A program made the translations under genes and the position numbers. Shown in pieces: positions 47,501 through 60,389 of a stretch of DNA of 64,000 nucleotides (positions are counted from its first letter, which is position 1; each line of letters starts with the position of its first letter). Source of the stretch: Camelus dromedarius (taxonomy: Eukaryota). The stretch lies in assembly GCF_036321535.1 (NCBI RefSeq), contig NC_087436.1:67148001-67212000 (forward strand). The letters are read 5' to 3'. The notes under the pieces are model-generated. The model was not told the DNA's origin, ran no database searches, and was given only the letters and a program-made list of their open reading frames with translations.

Positions 47501-50467
47501 TGTGTGTTCTTTGCCCTAAAGTGGGTCTCTTGTAGGCAGCATTTTGTGAGATCTTGTTTTATTATCCAATCTACCACTTTATATCTTTTGATTGGAGCAT
47601 TTGGTCCATTGACATTTATGGTAATTATTGATAGATGTATGTTTATTGCCATTTTAAAACTTGTTTTCCAGTTGATTTTGTATTTATTCTTTGTTTCTTT
47701 CTTTTTCCTTTTATTTTTTGTTTAGTGGTTTGATGATTTTCTTTAGTATTATGCTTGAGTTCTCTTCTTTGTGGTTTTTGTATCTATTGTATGTTTTTGA
47801 TTTGTGGTTACCCTGTTTTTCCAGTATGTTAACCCATTACTGTATTTACTTGCTATAGACTTTTAGTCATATAGTCTCAAACATATTTTATAAGAAAAAG
47901 AAAAAAAAAAAACTACATTGTCTTTACCCCACTCCACAATGTATGATTTTGATGTCTTCTTTTATGTCTTCATGTTCATTCTTTTGATATTTATTGTAGT
48001 TACTATTGAATTTCGAATTGTGACTTTCTGTTTCCTGTAGATTTTTCTTTTCTGTTTAGAGATCTTTCAATAATTGTTTTAGGATAGATTTAGTATCATT
48101 GTATTCTTTTAATGTTTGCTTATCTGAGACATTCTTTATCTGTTTTTCTATTCTAAATGATAATCTTGCTGGGTAGAGTACCTTAGATTGCAAGTTTTTC
48201 CCTTTCAGGACTTTTAATATATCTTGCTTCTCCCCTCTGGCTTGCAACGTTTCTGTAGAGAAATTAGCTGATAGCCTTATGGTGGTTCCCTTGTGCTTTT
48301 TTTTTTTTTTTTTCTGCCTCTATAATCCTTTCTTTATCTTAAAGTTTTGCCATTTTACTTTAATTTGTCTTGTTGGTGTCGGTCTGTTTGGGTTCATCTT
48401 GTTTGGGACTCTCTGTGCATCCTGTACTGGACATCTCTTCCCTTCTTTAAGTTTGGGAAGTTTTCAGTCATAATTTCTTCAGATACATTTTTGATCCCAT
48501 TTTCTCTTTCTTCTTTTTCTGGGATCCTATTATGCATAGATTGGCAGGCTTTATAGTATCCCATAGATCTCATTACTTTCTTTCTTTTTTTTTTTTTTCA
48601 TTTGTCTTTCTGTCTACCGTTCTGTGGGTGATTTCCTTTATTCTATCTTCCCAATCACTTATTTGTTTTTCTGCGTTTTTTATTGCTGTTTATTACATTA
48701 CTATTTATTGCCTTTAGCTTGGCTTTTACTTTGGCAAATGAGTTTTCTAGTTTTAATTGGCTCCTCTTTCTAGTTCCTTTTCACAATATTCTGCATTTCT
48801 ATTGATGGCTCTTCTTATTTTCATCAATTCCTTCAGTATTTTTATTATATCCTTTTTGAATTCAGGATCCAGTAGACTGGAGAGGTCTGTTTCATTGTTT
48901 GTTCTTTCACGGGATTTCTCTTATTCTTTTAACTGGGAGTGGTTCCTCTGCTTCTTTATTTTACTTATAGTTCTCTGACTCCATGAGTTTGGAAATAGCA
49001 GTTATCTATTGTGGTCTTGAAGGGCTTTTTTAAAATCTGGGAGAGTCCTTATGTATCCTGTATGAGTGTAATATTTTTGTTGTGAGGACTGTTTTTAGTG
49101 TGAATGCCTGCCATGTCTTTCTTCTGTGTGTGCTGGTTGTTATCCCCTTGATAGGGGGTGTGATTGGTGTTATGGGTACCAGATCCTCCACTGGATGTTG
49201 AGTGGGGCCTCCTCTTTGTTCCATGGTTGTCCCAGCCCTTTTGGGGTCTGAATATGCTCCCCAGTTGTTGGAGTAGAAGCCCTCTCACCTATTTATGATC
49301 TGCCATATTAAGTAGGCCGGAGTGGAGCACTTCTGCTGAGAGAGGAGCCACCGAGTATTGCTCCGCAGGAGCTGTCCACTGAGAATTGCCCTCTGTGGTG
49401 TCGCCTGTCACCCCTCGTGCGGGTTCACAAAGTACACTGTTGTTGGTGCTGCCTTTGGCCCCACCTCAGTCATGGGAATTTAGGCAGTCTGCCCAGGTGT
49501 CCCTTAGGTGCTGTGCTTACAAGGGCAGATCCAATGAAGTCAGCCACTGGGACCTGATGTGGGAATTATGGCATCATCCCAGACCCCAGCTCCATCTCTG
49601 CATGCACACACCCCTAAAGTCTGTAGCTGCTAATGCTAGACCTACCCCAGGTGCACACCAGTAGTCTGCTTGGATGTCCCAAAGGTGCTAACCTTACAAA
49701 GACAACAGCAGCTTAACTCTGCCAAAGTCACCTGGGACAAGGCTGAGAATTCATACTCGCCTTTGCTTGAGGGCAACCTCCCAGCGCTGGCATTTCCCCA
49801 GAGTTTATAGAGGCAGAGAATTGCTGGCTGTGTGCCTCCCAAGAAAGAGGCTGCAATGTGAGGTCCTGCCACTCCCTTCATGGGCATTAGCAATGGGTCT
49901 TTTTGATGGACCTGGGCCCTTTTGCATACACTGCCACTTGTGGCCCATGCCACACTACGACCCCTTTCAGGCTGTCTCTGCACAGCCAACCCAGTCCTCT
50001 TCCCAGATCTGTCCTCTGAAGCCTGAGTTTCAGCACCCAGCCCTTGCGCTCACCAACAGACATGTGTGTCTTGGGCTGGGGAGTACAATGAGATGGCATG
50101 GATTGTCTATGCTTGTCTCTCTCTTCTGCCGGCTGCAAACCGGTTGCTGTGCTTTCCTTCAGGTCTCTGAAGCTCCCTATCTGTCTTGGCTGATCTCACC
50201 ACTGGTGAAGGGGCTTCCCAAGGTGAAAGAACCTTTTCTCTTTCACAGCTCCCTCCCAAGGGGTACAGGTCTCGTGCTGATTCTTTCTTTCTTTTTTTTT
50301 AATCCTACCTGGTTACATGGTGATCTTTCTTGTAGTTTTGATTGTGTGAGATCTTCTGCCAGAGTTTAGTAGGTATTCTGTGAGAACTGTTCCGCATGTA
50401 GAGGTATTCTTTATATATTTGTGGGAGGAGGCGAGCTTGTTTTCTTCCGTCATCTCGAACTCCCCTC
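44512..50467 (-). mobile_element. Older L1 with complete 5' end but missing 3' end (~5.95 kb)
   Basis: ORF2 remnants (MAINIHLSIITINVNG at 47652; MESPEINPH...), ORF1 remnant ending at 48056, 5'UTR ~49000-50467 ending in a decayed YY1-like site (ccgtcatctcg); no 3'UTR or poly-A. Confidence 0.9.
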
Positions 50468-52849
50468 GCAGTCCACAATTTATATCTTTGTTTCCCACTT
50501 GTTTTTTCAAATGGTAAATCATCCTGCTCCTACTGGATAAAAACTCTCAGGGAATGTTCATCTTCTCTGGTTATTCTTAGATAATAGAAAATCAAATAGT
50601 TACTTGAAGTGGAACAGCATGGTCTCAGTTCAAACCTTAGAGCATCTATCTCAATATGTTAATTGACATTTCTATTTTAACTCCAAGGTAAACTTCTCCT
50701 CTTCTCTTGCATATAGTGTCTTTTCCTCACAGCCTTCATCTTTGCATTTGGTGAAGAGGATGCATTTACTTCTTTCTTCATTTTAATTACCTCATATTTT
50801 GACTTCACTGTTCAAAACCATTAGGAAGAATAATTCAGGTAATAAAGCTCCTCCTCAAGTGGTATGGTTATTCCCAAGTAAGCTTTCCACTCTCTGGACC
50901 TGGCAGTGCTTGAAGCAGATTATTCATTCCCATGAATGTTTTGCTGGGTTCTTTAGAGGCTCCCCAGCTGGAATCTCTCAAATGAAATTTTCCAGAGGCT
51001 GCTGCTGGTTTTCAGCAGTTAACTTCACATAGAATCTCTCTGCTTGACTTTGGAAAAATGAACCCAGCCTGATAATTGTTTTGAACACTTACTTGGACAC
51101 CTAAGTTTGGAATAGCATATCACGTGTGTCATGGTCTCACAGTGGAAAATTCTAATTAAACATTGAATGCTATATAATAAAGAAAATGAAAGTAGATTCC
51201 CAGTGTCAAATTCTCTACACAGAAATAAAAACTATTAGTAGATTTGTGCATATTTTCCAAACATTTTTAGGTATATAGAAACATATTTGTGCACATTCAC
51301 ATGAACACACACAAAAACAACTATATTAGTGTGTTGATATGCATGTGCATGTGTGTCTGTATCTGTATATAGATACACATATAATCTATGCCTTTGAATA
51401 CCATTTATGCACATATACTACATACGTATATATGCAATGTATACACACAAAAATGTTTATCTATATAGAATGTTAGCATCTTGCTTTAGCCATGTTGAAT
51501 TTGTGCACGTCTATCTAAGTCTGCATATTAATTCACTTGGAGTGGTGCAATGTCTCTTTTAATTTTTTTTCCCAACCCCTAAACAGGGAAAAATATTTGA
51601 GAGAGAACATCTGTTACTTGGGCAAGCCTTGAATGACCTGCTCAACTAGAAAGCACCAGAGTCCAGGTGGGCAGACCATGGCTGTTGTGTTAACAAGTAC
51701 TAATGAATGAATTTGGCTGTAACTGTCCTCTGCATGGAAATAACACAAAAATTAACACAGTATGAATTGCTGCATCTTCTCTATGGGCTCCATAGGTCAG
51801 AGAGGGTGCTGACAACCATATGCACCATTTTATCTTTCTTTAAATTGCTTATTTTAGCACTACATAGACGTATCATCTTGTTACAATGAGAATCAGGGGA
51901 ATTTACGTGTGATATAAAATCTTATAAAAATCTCTGTCTTCTTCTGCATATGCACTAACACACACAGGCATATACACATATACATACACACATACACATA
52001 CAGAAATAATATCTTTTTGATTTTAAGATCTTTTTCTGATTACAGGATTTTCAGATAATACACAAATAGGTTAAATGTAAGACATTTAAAAATCATTCTT
52101 TACACTACTTGAAATAACTTTATTAACATTTTGATATGTTTTCTTCCTTTGTTAATATGTCAATTATATCTTAGTTAAAATTAAATAGAGTTCATACTGT
52201 TCATCACTATTTACAATTATAGTAATTTTAGTTTCTTAAAATAGCACCCCTCTGAGGTGGTCTTTTGGATTATTGTTGCAAATAATAATGTGGAAATCTT
52301 CCTTGTCCTTTTTTGAACTCTGATTTATTTTTCAGTATTTTAAAAATGTATAGCTACAAAGAGAAATTTTTTTGCTTTAATTTTGACATATTTTGTTGCA
52401 GGGGAATTTGAAAAAGTAATTCCATAAACCTTTGCCTTTCCTTTTTTATTTTGTGAATGTTCTACTCTGTCTTCTATATAACTCATAGCTGTAGATCTTC
52501 TGTTTTCAGATTTCCAAGGTTTGCTTTCATCTCAGACTGTTGCCTTTGTTTCTATTTGAATATTCTGTTTTTCTCTTGTACTGGTGTTTCTTTGTGGAGT
52601 TGGCAGTTTCTGGGTCTACTGTCACCCTGCCAAAGAAGAGAGCTTCTCTGGCCACTAGGCTCAATACCATCCCCTTCCATGAGACAAAATTCACCCTGTA
52701 TTTCATCCATATTTTCAATAATTAGCACACACAAACACATACACACATTATCAGCCCTCTTCCACATCCAATGATCTAACCTCTTCCATTCCAGCGTTCC
52801 CCACAATGTTCTGTATTCCTTTACTGCTAACATCACTTCTCTTTTAATA

Positions 52850-55310
52850 TAAGGTTACTTTTCTCCCCTAAGCCCCCAGACATTTCAGTGCCTTCTGGTA
52901 TTGGTACTCTATAACCAGCAAAACTCCCCTTATTCTCATCCTCTATTGTAAAAAAATAGTTCACTTCCTTGGCTTACACTGATCTACAATCTACTCTTAA
53001 GAGAGTAGTATTTATTTCCTCACAGTGTGATTTTAGGTTAGAAGAACTTGGAGTGGTGTTCTTTTTTGTTTCTCATTGTCGCTTACCATTGCATCTATTC
53101 ATTGTAAACATTTTTTTTTTAATGGCCTCTCTTTTTGACCACTCTGCCTGGATGTCCCACAGGTGCTGACCTTACAAAGGCAGCAGCAGCTTAACTCTGT
53201 TTCTTTATTGTTCATAATCTTTACTCTGGCTCCCTGTCTTCTTTTACACTACAGTGGGTGATTCCATCATGTATATGGACAATCCAATCAATACAAAAGC
53301 TTCTCAATTTCTTGATTGACTCTCTTGCACCAAATTAATCATACTAGTTTCATCTCATTTACTCACTCCCAAAATACACACTGGAGTTTGTTGCAATCTG
53401 ACAGCACTGAAATCACTGATAGAAGTATTTTGTACTATAACCACAGGATTCTATTCCTACAGCTTGCTTCAACTATTCCCCAAATACCTTTTTTAACCCA
53501 TTGTTGACCTCTGTAAATTAAAGATGGAGTGAAGACCCCACTTTACTAAAGCTATTTATGTCTGAACTAATTCATGTGTACTCTAAACCAGGTACATGTA
53601 TTTTTGGACCCTATTCTATCCATGTGTTTTGGAAAGCTTACGCTTTCATCTCTCTCCCTCTCCGGAATGATTCTTTCTCTCTCTCCTCCTCCCCTCTCCA
53701 TGTCTTTCTTTTCTTCCCTCTTTTATATTTTCCTTTGTCAATCAGATACTTTCCATTGTTCTTGCAAAATCCTAAATCTGTATTATCGAATGATAAAATG
53801 AAAAGAACTAAACACACACACGCACCACTCACTCACAAATACTCCTCTCTGTACCTTTTATTAGATATCCCTCATTTTCTCCCCAATTATTCTCTTTAAA
53901 ATTTTTATCTAAGCTTGTTCTTTCTGTTCCTTGTCCTGTTTATTTCCTCATCACTACCCCCAAGTAACTCTTGCAGAATTCTTCAGTAACTTCCATGTTG
54001 TTAAATTAAAAAGCCATTTTTCAGTCTACAAATTTCATGTCCTTTTAGCAGCAATCAGTTTTGTTAACAAGTTCCTACTTTTGTAAACAATTCCTTTATG
54101 TTTTATGACCTTATACTCTTATAGACTTTTTCTGACCTTTCTGGTAAACATTTTCTTTCTTTCACTACTTTTCTCTACTCAGCCATTTAATTTTGGACAT
54201 TCTCAACCCCTATTCTCTTTCTTTTCTCTTCCTTTCTCCTTCAATGTGTTTCTCTAGATTATATCATCCATTTCAGAGTTTTAATGATCTCTTATATGCT
54301 GATGATATGTAAATTTATACTTCTAGCCTAGATATTTTTCTCTGAGCTCTAGAACAGTATATTTAAAAACTCACTTGACATTTGCACTTGAATGTCTTAA
54401 AGATAGATCAGAATTATTATGTTCTGTAACAAACTAAAGATGCTTCCCTATTAAAATACAATTTCCAACTTGTTTTTTCCTACTGGTTCCTCTATCAGTA
54501 AAATGGTAACAACATTCATCCATTTATGCAAGCCATATACCTAAGATTCAGACCATATACTTTACTTTCATTTAACCAACATCTAATCCACTGTACATTC
54601 TGATGTATTTGGCATCCTGAATATGTCTTATTCTTTCTGTTTATGACCAGCTTCACTACCAACATCCTCATGCAAACCGTTGAAATGACCTTTTGACTGA
54701 TTTTATTTCCACTGTAGTCCAACATCCATCTACCCTTTCCACTTTTCTTCTTGTGGCATGATCATTTTCAAAATAAATCTCAGTATGCCTTTCTTATACT
54801 TAAGTTAAATGACATTCTTTGCTCATAGATAAATTAAAATCATTAATCTGTTATTTAATGTCTGTCATGATCTATTCTTAACTAGTTCTTTATGATCATC
54901 TCATATAACACCTTCTCCACTCTACCCCCAATTCTCTGCAGTCATCTCACTGGCTTTCTTTTAATTTCTTAAATACTTCCTACAAATTTTGCAGTAGTGT
55001 CTTTACATATGTTGTTTTTCTTAAACTTTACCTAGTTCATTCCCACTCTTTCTTTAGACGCTTTCCTAACTCAGTTGTTACTTTCTTTGGGAAGCAATTC
55101 TATTTTACACACACATTTCAACAACACCATGTACTGATTAGAGTTTTCATTTAGTCTTCATTTTTATGACAATTTGGTCGTCGTTATTCTTCCTGCATAA
55201 ACTCCATGAAAGCAAGAGCCCCCTCTCTGCTTTCGTTTCCTTTTGAAGTCAGATGCCCACCAATCAAAGTTGAGTTTTAGATGTATTGTATACACTCAAT
55301 AAATGATTTT
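52850..55310 (+). mobile_element. Long decayed L2 LINE segment
   Basis: Collinear L2 motifs: aacttccatgttgttaaa...cattttcagtc, tatgctgatga, cacttgaatgtct, aaactccatgaaagcaagag, cactcaataaat. Confidence 0.65.
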
Positions 55311-57199
55311 GTGAAAAAGTAGATGGCTCTTATCTCCTCCTTCAAAGAGGATGCATTTGTTTTATGTTATTGAGGATGCCAAGGTGTTTTCTTTGAAACT
55401 GATTTCAATGAATAATTTTCTGAAAGTTTGTAAAATGGGTTCCTTTTCCCTTCTTCTGAGGGATTTGTTTTTCCAATAGACCTAAAGTTTGGGTGTCTTC
55501 TATTTGCTCTTTCTAGAATGAGGAAGGATATATGTAAATACAGTATTCATCTGTAGTTTCATGTGTGTGTCCTGGATTCATCTTGATTATTTTGGAATTT
55601 CTCATCAGTTCCACAACCTGGAGGCAAACTGAAATGCAGAGTTCTTAGACTAATTTCTAGGTCCAGAAGATACTCATCAAGTATAATTCTGATTAGTTAG
55701 GCTCTTTCACATCACTGTGTTTTCCTGAAGCTTTGTTAAAATTAAAAAAAAAAAAACCTCCATTTTCCAGAATGTACAAGGGCTCTTGCTAATATTGTTC
55801 CTCCCAAGGGAAATTTACTTGTGGAAATCTCTCACTCAAAAAAGAAGTTTTGCTTCAAGTTTTCTTGCTAATTTCATTAGCTATTTCAGTCTCTGAATGA
55901 ATCAATAGAAATAAATGAAAAAGTGGGACAGTTCTTTTCCTTATGAAAGAACAATAAAATAATAAAATAGAATAAAGAGCAAATCTTAACTTTATTAATG
56001 TAAAATGAATACTCACAAATCAAGGAGCAAATAGCAAATGAACCTAAAAGAAAACTAAGTAAAGTGTCTGAAGAACAATTTCACGTACACACACACACAC
56101 AAAACAGAATTATTACTGTACACTTGGAAGGTTAATTAAAGATACACAAGTGATAGCAATATATGTGGCATTATTAAACTTGTCACTCTAGTAACAATTT
56201 AAATTTTAAACCACACAGGCTTGCATCCTTTTCCCCTTGGCTCTGCTATCCATTACTCTTGTTTATGTCTTTCATATACCAATCTGGTAATCTTGAGAAA
56301 TAGAAACTGTTATATCCTCTTTTTAGAAGTGGAATATTTTGTTTGTTTTGTGTTACTGGCACACTAGTTATATAAGTCGAAGTGCGAGGGAGTGGAGGTT
56401 GGGGGACTTGAATAGAATAAGGTACTAGACTGACAGGGAGTTATCAGTCACCAGTTATAACTGTTAATTCTATTTTAGATAGAGAATATAATTCTCAGAT
56501 TTTTGTAATCAATTAACTATTTAATTGTTTGCCTTTTAATTATAAATTTTACTTTTTTGTTTGCTTTTATGGTATTTTACAAACATGCAGAAGTAAACAG
56601 TGTTGGTTGAACTAACCTGATACCATTTTAAACAAAAGTCAATACATATATTAAGTTAAATACTCTACAACCGTAGGGTTTAGATGGAGTGCAGCTTAAG
56701 CTAGTTATTATAGGCGCCCCAGGACCTGGTATAGTTAGGTATATATTTAAGATCAGGAAGCACGAGGATGGTCTGTGTCACAGTCCTCATATTACAGTTG
56801 CCTTGGATAGGGCACCTATTTTCTTATCTTGGTTTCTAAATTTGTTAAGTAGAACAGTATTTTTAGTCCTACTAACTTCAATGACATGACATTTTTGAAA
56901 AAATGTAATGCACTCTACAGGGGCACAGAAGTTACCAAGAGTGGAAGCCAGTTTTCATCAGAAAGTGTAGCACTGGAAGGAGATGACCTTCAGTTGTCAT
57001 GTGTATGTGGCAGCAGCCTCTTGTCTGGTATCTTTGACTCCAGTACTGCCTCCTTTGGGCAATTCTCCATACAATATTTAATAATATATTTATTTTTAAA
57101 ATGAATTACTTCATGTTATTTTTATGCTTACATACCCCAAGTTGCTTCTTATCACATTACAATGAAATATAAACTCCACTGTATTTGAGGACCAGATTC

Positions 57200-57625
57200 A
57201 GTCCCCCCATCTAACTCCTTAACTCCGTCTCATTTTCTCTCCATTGCTGTCACTGCTCAAGGCAGCTTAATATACTTTAAATACACCAGTCTCTTTCTCC
57301 ATATTCTTCCTCTTTACACTTCCTGGAATATTTTTAACCTGGATGTTTGCATTGTGCTTCTTCTCACATTATTTACCTCTGCTTAGATATCATTTCTTCC
57401 AAAACTGTTCTATCAAAATATTTCTGCCTATCAGTCATTTTCTCTTTACTCTGAAATGATGTTATATATTTAAGTATTTATTTGCTAATTGTCTGAGTGA
57501 CTCTACCAGCATGTAAGTTCCTTTTGGGCAGAGACTCTATTTTCACTAATTTATCCCCTGAGACTAAAACATACAGGTAATAGGTTCACAGTACATATTT
57601 GTTGAAGGAATTGATCAATGAGTAC
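57200..57625 (+). mobile_element. L2 3' remnant
   Basis: cttcctggaata...atgtaagttcc...ggcagagact...catatttgttgaaggaat. Confidence 0.6.
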
Positions 57626-58449
57626 TTGACTGAATAAAAGATATATGATATAAAAACTGCTTAGCAATCCTACTTTCACTATATTTTACATAGATTTTTC
57701 TTACTTTGCTTTTGACATCTAATTTGTAAAGTTAAGTTGCATCTCATTTTAATAATCCATAACACATCACTCTAAATATTGGCAGTTATTGATTCAGGCT
57801 TTAATTGAATTAGCAATACGCAAAGCTACATTTGCCATCTGATCTGCCATCAGGACAGGTTGACACTTACCTTTTCTGTAAAGTTTTAAAATATTGATTT
57901 GTTCAATTTGGAATCACTCTGCATTTCCCACTGATTATTTTTTTGCCAACAGCTCAGTTAAGTGGGATGATACATGTAAGCTTCCCACACCAACATAAGC
58001 ATACAGGCACACACTCCCGCTCTAGTGTTTCCTGATGTTTCCATCTGTTGTGTTTTGTTAAGTTAGCATACAGAGGGTACAGCAGTCCACCGGACCACTG
58101 AAGAATTTCTCTCATTTTCACTTAACAGCTTTATGTAGGAGCCTCAGTGTTGGCATCTGGACAGTATGTCTCCAAATGAGCTCAGTACTGCTTTATGAGC
58201 CTGATAGCAAGATATTTGAACTTGGTGATTTCTCGTTTGTCCATTTGGTTTTGAGTTTTATGCATACATGCATATGTGCCACTGTTTACCCTATATACAA
58301 AGTAAAACTTAAATCTGTTTATATAGTTAAGAAATATAGATCTGACTTTTAAAAATTGTAAAATATTGGTGAATTAATTAACAAATATTTAGTGAAGATA
58401 AATGAAATACATTAAACCAAATAGCTGTACGATTTGTTTTTCCTTTTAT

Positions 58450-58790
58450 TAATGTGCTTGGGACTCTAGGTTAAGTGCTTATAGGCCTTATTTATTTAGT
58501 CATGAGGATAACCCTATGGAGTGTGTATGGATGCACTTATTTTAGAGATGAAGTGAATGAGCCTAAGAGAATTAAAATAATTTTGCAAAGGGCTGAAAAA
58601 TGATAATGTCAGGCTAAGAACTCAAGACTAACCCAAAGCCTGTAGACTACTCACTACTACTACTGTATAACCTTGGAAAACTCACTTAGCATCTCTGAGC
58701 CCAGGGTTACACACCTATAAAATGCAATATTTATACCATTCTTATCCATTCCTGGATAAGGCTGGGGTATTAGAAGGTTTTTGTCTAGCA
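58450..58790. mobile_element. Two MIR remnants head to head (- then +)
   Basis: tttagagatgaagtgaatgagcctaagaga (-), then ctgtataaccttggaaaactcacttagcatctctgagcc (+). Confidence 0.6.
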
Positions 58791-60009
58791 TAGGCTTCTT
58801 TCCTTGGTTCTGACAACCTAATGAGAGATTAGGTCCTAATCTTATGCAGTGTCCTTTTGCCTTTTTTTTTTTTAATGTGTTTGGGGACATAAAAATGTAA
58901 CAATCCCAATACTTGTCATTTAGAAAGAAATTTCTTACATTTAACTAAAAGGATTCTGATAGAACTAAATAACTACAATGTATAACCACTTTCAGTGGTC
59001 TCAGCAGACCATGAGACTTCACCATTCACAGCCTATTCAACCATTTTGCAGAGTCTTTGATGATCTGACTTTCTGAATATGGAGGGATAGGACCCAAGGA
59101 CAAGGGCTCTGAAGATAAGGTGACAGCAGATGCATAGTCTCTAATCTGAGTGACTTCTTTAGATTTTGTTTGTTTCTGCCAGTTCCTGAAGCATTGGAAA
59201 GCCCTAGTCAGTTGCTCATTTGTCATGTTAATTATGTTGTATGACTGATGCTCCAATTGCTGGTAAGCAAGGAAGGGGCAAAAAAGTCAGCTATTGGCTC
59301 TATTTCAGGCATCAGCGTATGATTTCCATTGTTATGTTGATTGACAACTCAAATAGGCATGGGTGTTTAGATTAAAACTTCAGTTCAACTCAAAGGACTG
59401 AAATGTTAGGATAAAAACTCTCTTGTTTGCCTGGAATAGGAAAGTAAACCAACATATTGAGGGAAATTTGAGTGTTAATATAGGAAATGGTAAGGACTGT
59501 GGTGAATTGAAGTGCAAATGACCTGCCTAGAGAGCAGCCACACATAATTTTCAACTGATTTTTGCTAGAAAGGAATGTGGATCCAGATTTGCAAGGTCCT
59601 CTAACTTTTCAAGAGAAAACAAGATTTGGACATTGATCCAAATATATTGAGAGTTCTTTTAATTTTCAAATGCTGGGCACAAATGAAAAAATTGTAGAAG
59701 AATAAAAAGCAAATGAAGAAGGGAAAAGAAAGAAATGACATCTTTAGTGTAAATTCAGTCTTCTGACCACTACCCTGAAAATACTGGAATAGGGAACAAT
59801 ATCTTCTTGTTCCTTATTTTTGCTAAGATGTTTTCTCAATATTTATTTGGATAAATAACTGTAGCTGTTTATCAGATTCAAAGACCAATGCTATAGTATA
59901 AATCTGAATAGCACCCCAGGGGGTGGAATAATGTGCTTAGTTTTAGTTTGGATATGTGTGAGGGACCTGAACCTTTGCAACACATCTTGAGGACTCGCAC
60001 ATTAATACA

Positions 60010-60376
60010 CAAGGATTTTGTGACAATTAAGTGAGATAATGCTTGTGATTCAGTTATTACATTGTCTGATTATAGGAGATGCTTAATAAATAGTAGCTAT
60101 ATATTATTTTTATTACTCATTTTGTAAAATGCTATAACTGTTAACAAATTAATAGTATTTAGGTACTTGAATAATATAATCCTAACTGTGAGGTAGGGAG
60201 AAGAGTTGTTATTTTTCATCTCCACTTTACCAGATGAAGAGAATGAGATTTGGGGTATGTGGAGGAAAGAGGGAAAGAGAGAAGGAGAGAGAAAAAAAAA
60301 GAAGGAAAGTGAAAGGGGTGGGGAGGAGAGGGAAAAGCTTGAACTTGAATCCAGATGATTTGACTCCAGAATCCAG
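60010..60376. mobile_element. MIR remnants, one interrupted by a GA-rich simple repeat
   Basis: aattaagtgagataatgc...gcttaataaatagtagcta (+); ccactttaccagatgaagagaatgag ... cttgaatccagatgatttgactccaga (-). Confidence 0.6.
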
Positions 60377-60389
60377 ACATTGTTGAAAA

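Noticed and set aside
49767..50369. 200-aa antisense ORF in the older L1 5'UTR as a second ORF0-like copy
   Set aside because: Starts at a non-ATG codon, shows no visible similarity to the 28012-28710 peptide, and lies in a decayed element; not enough support
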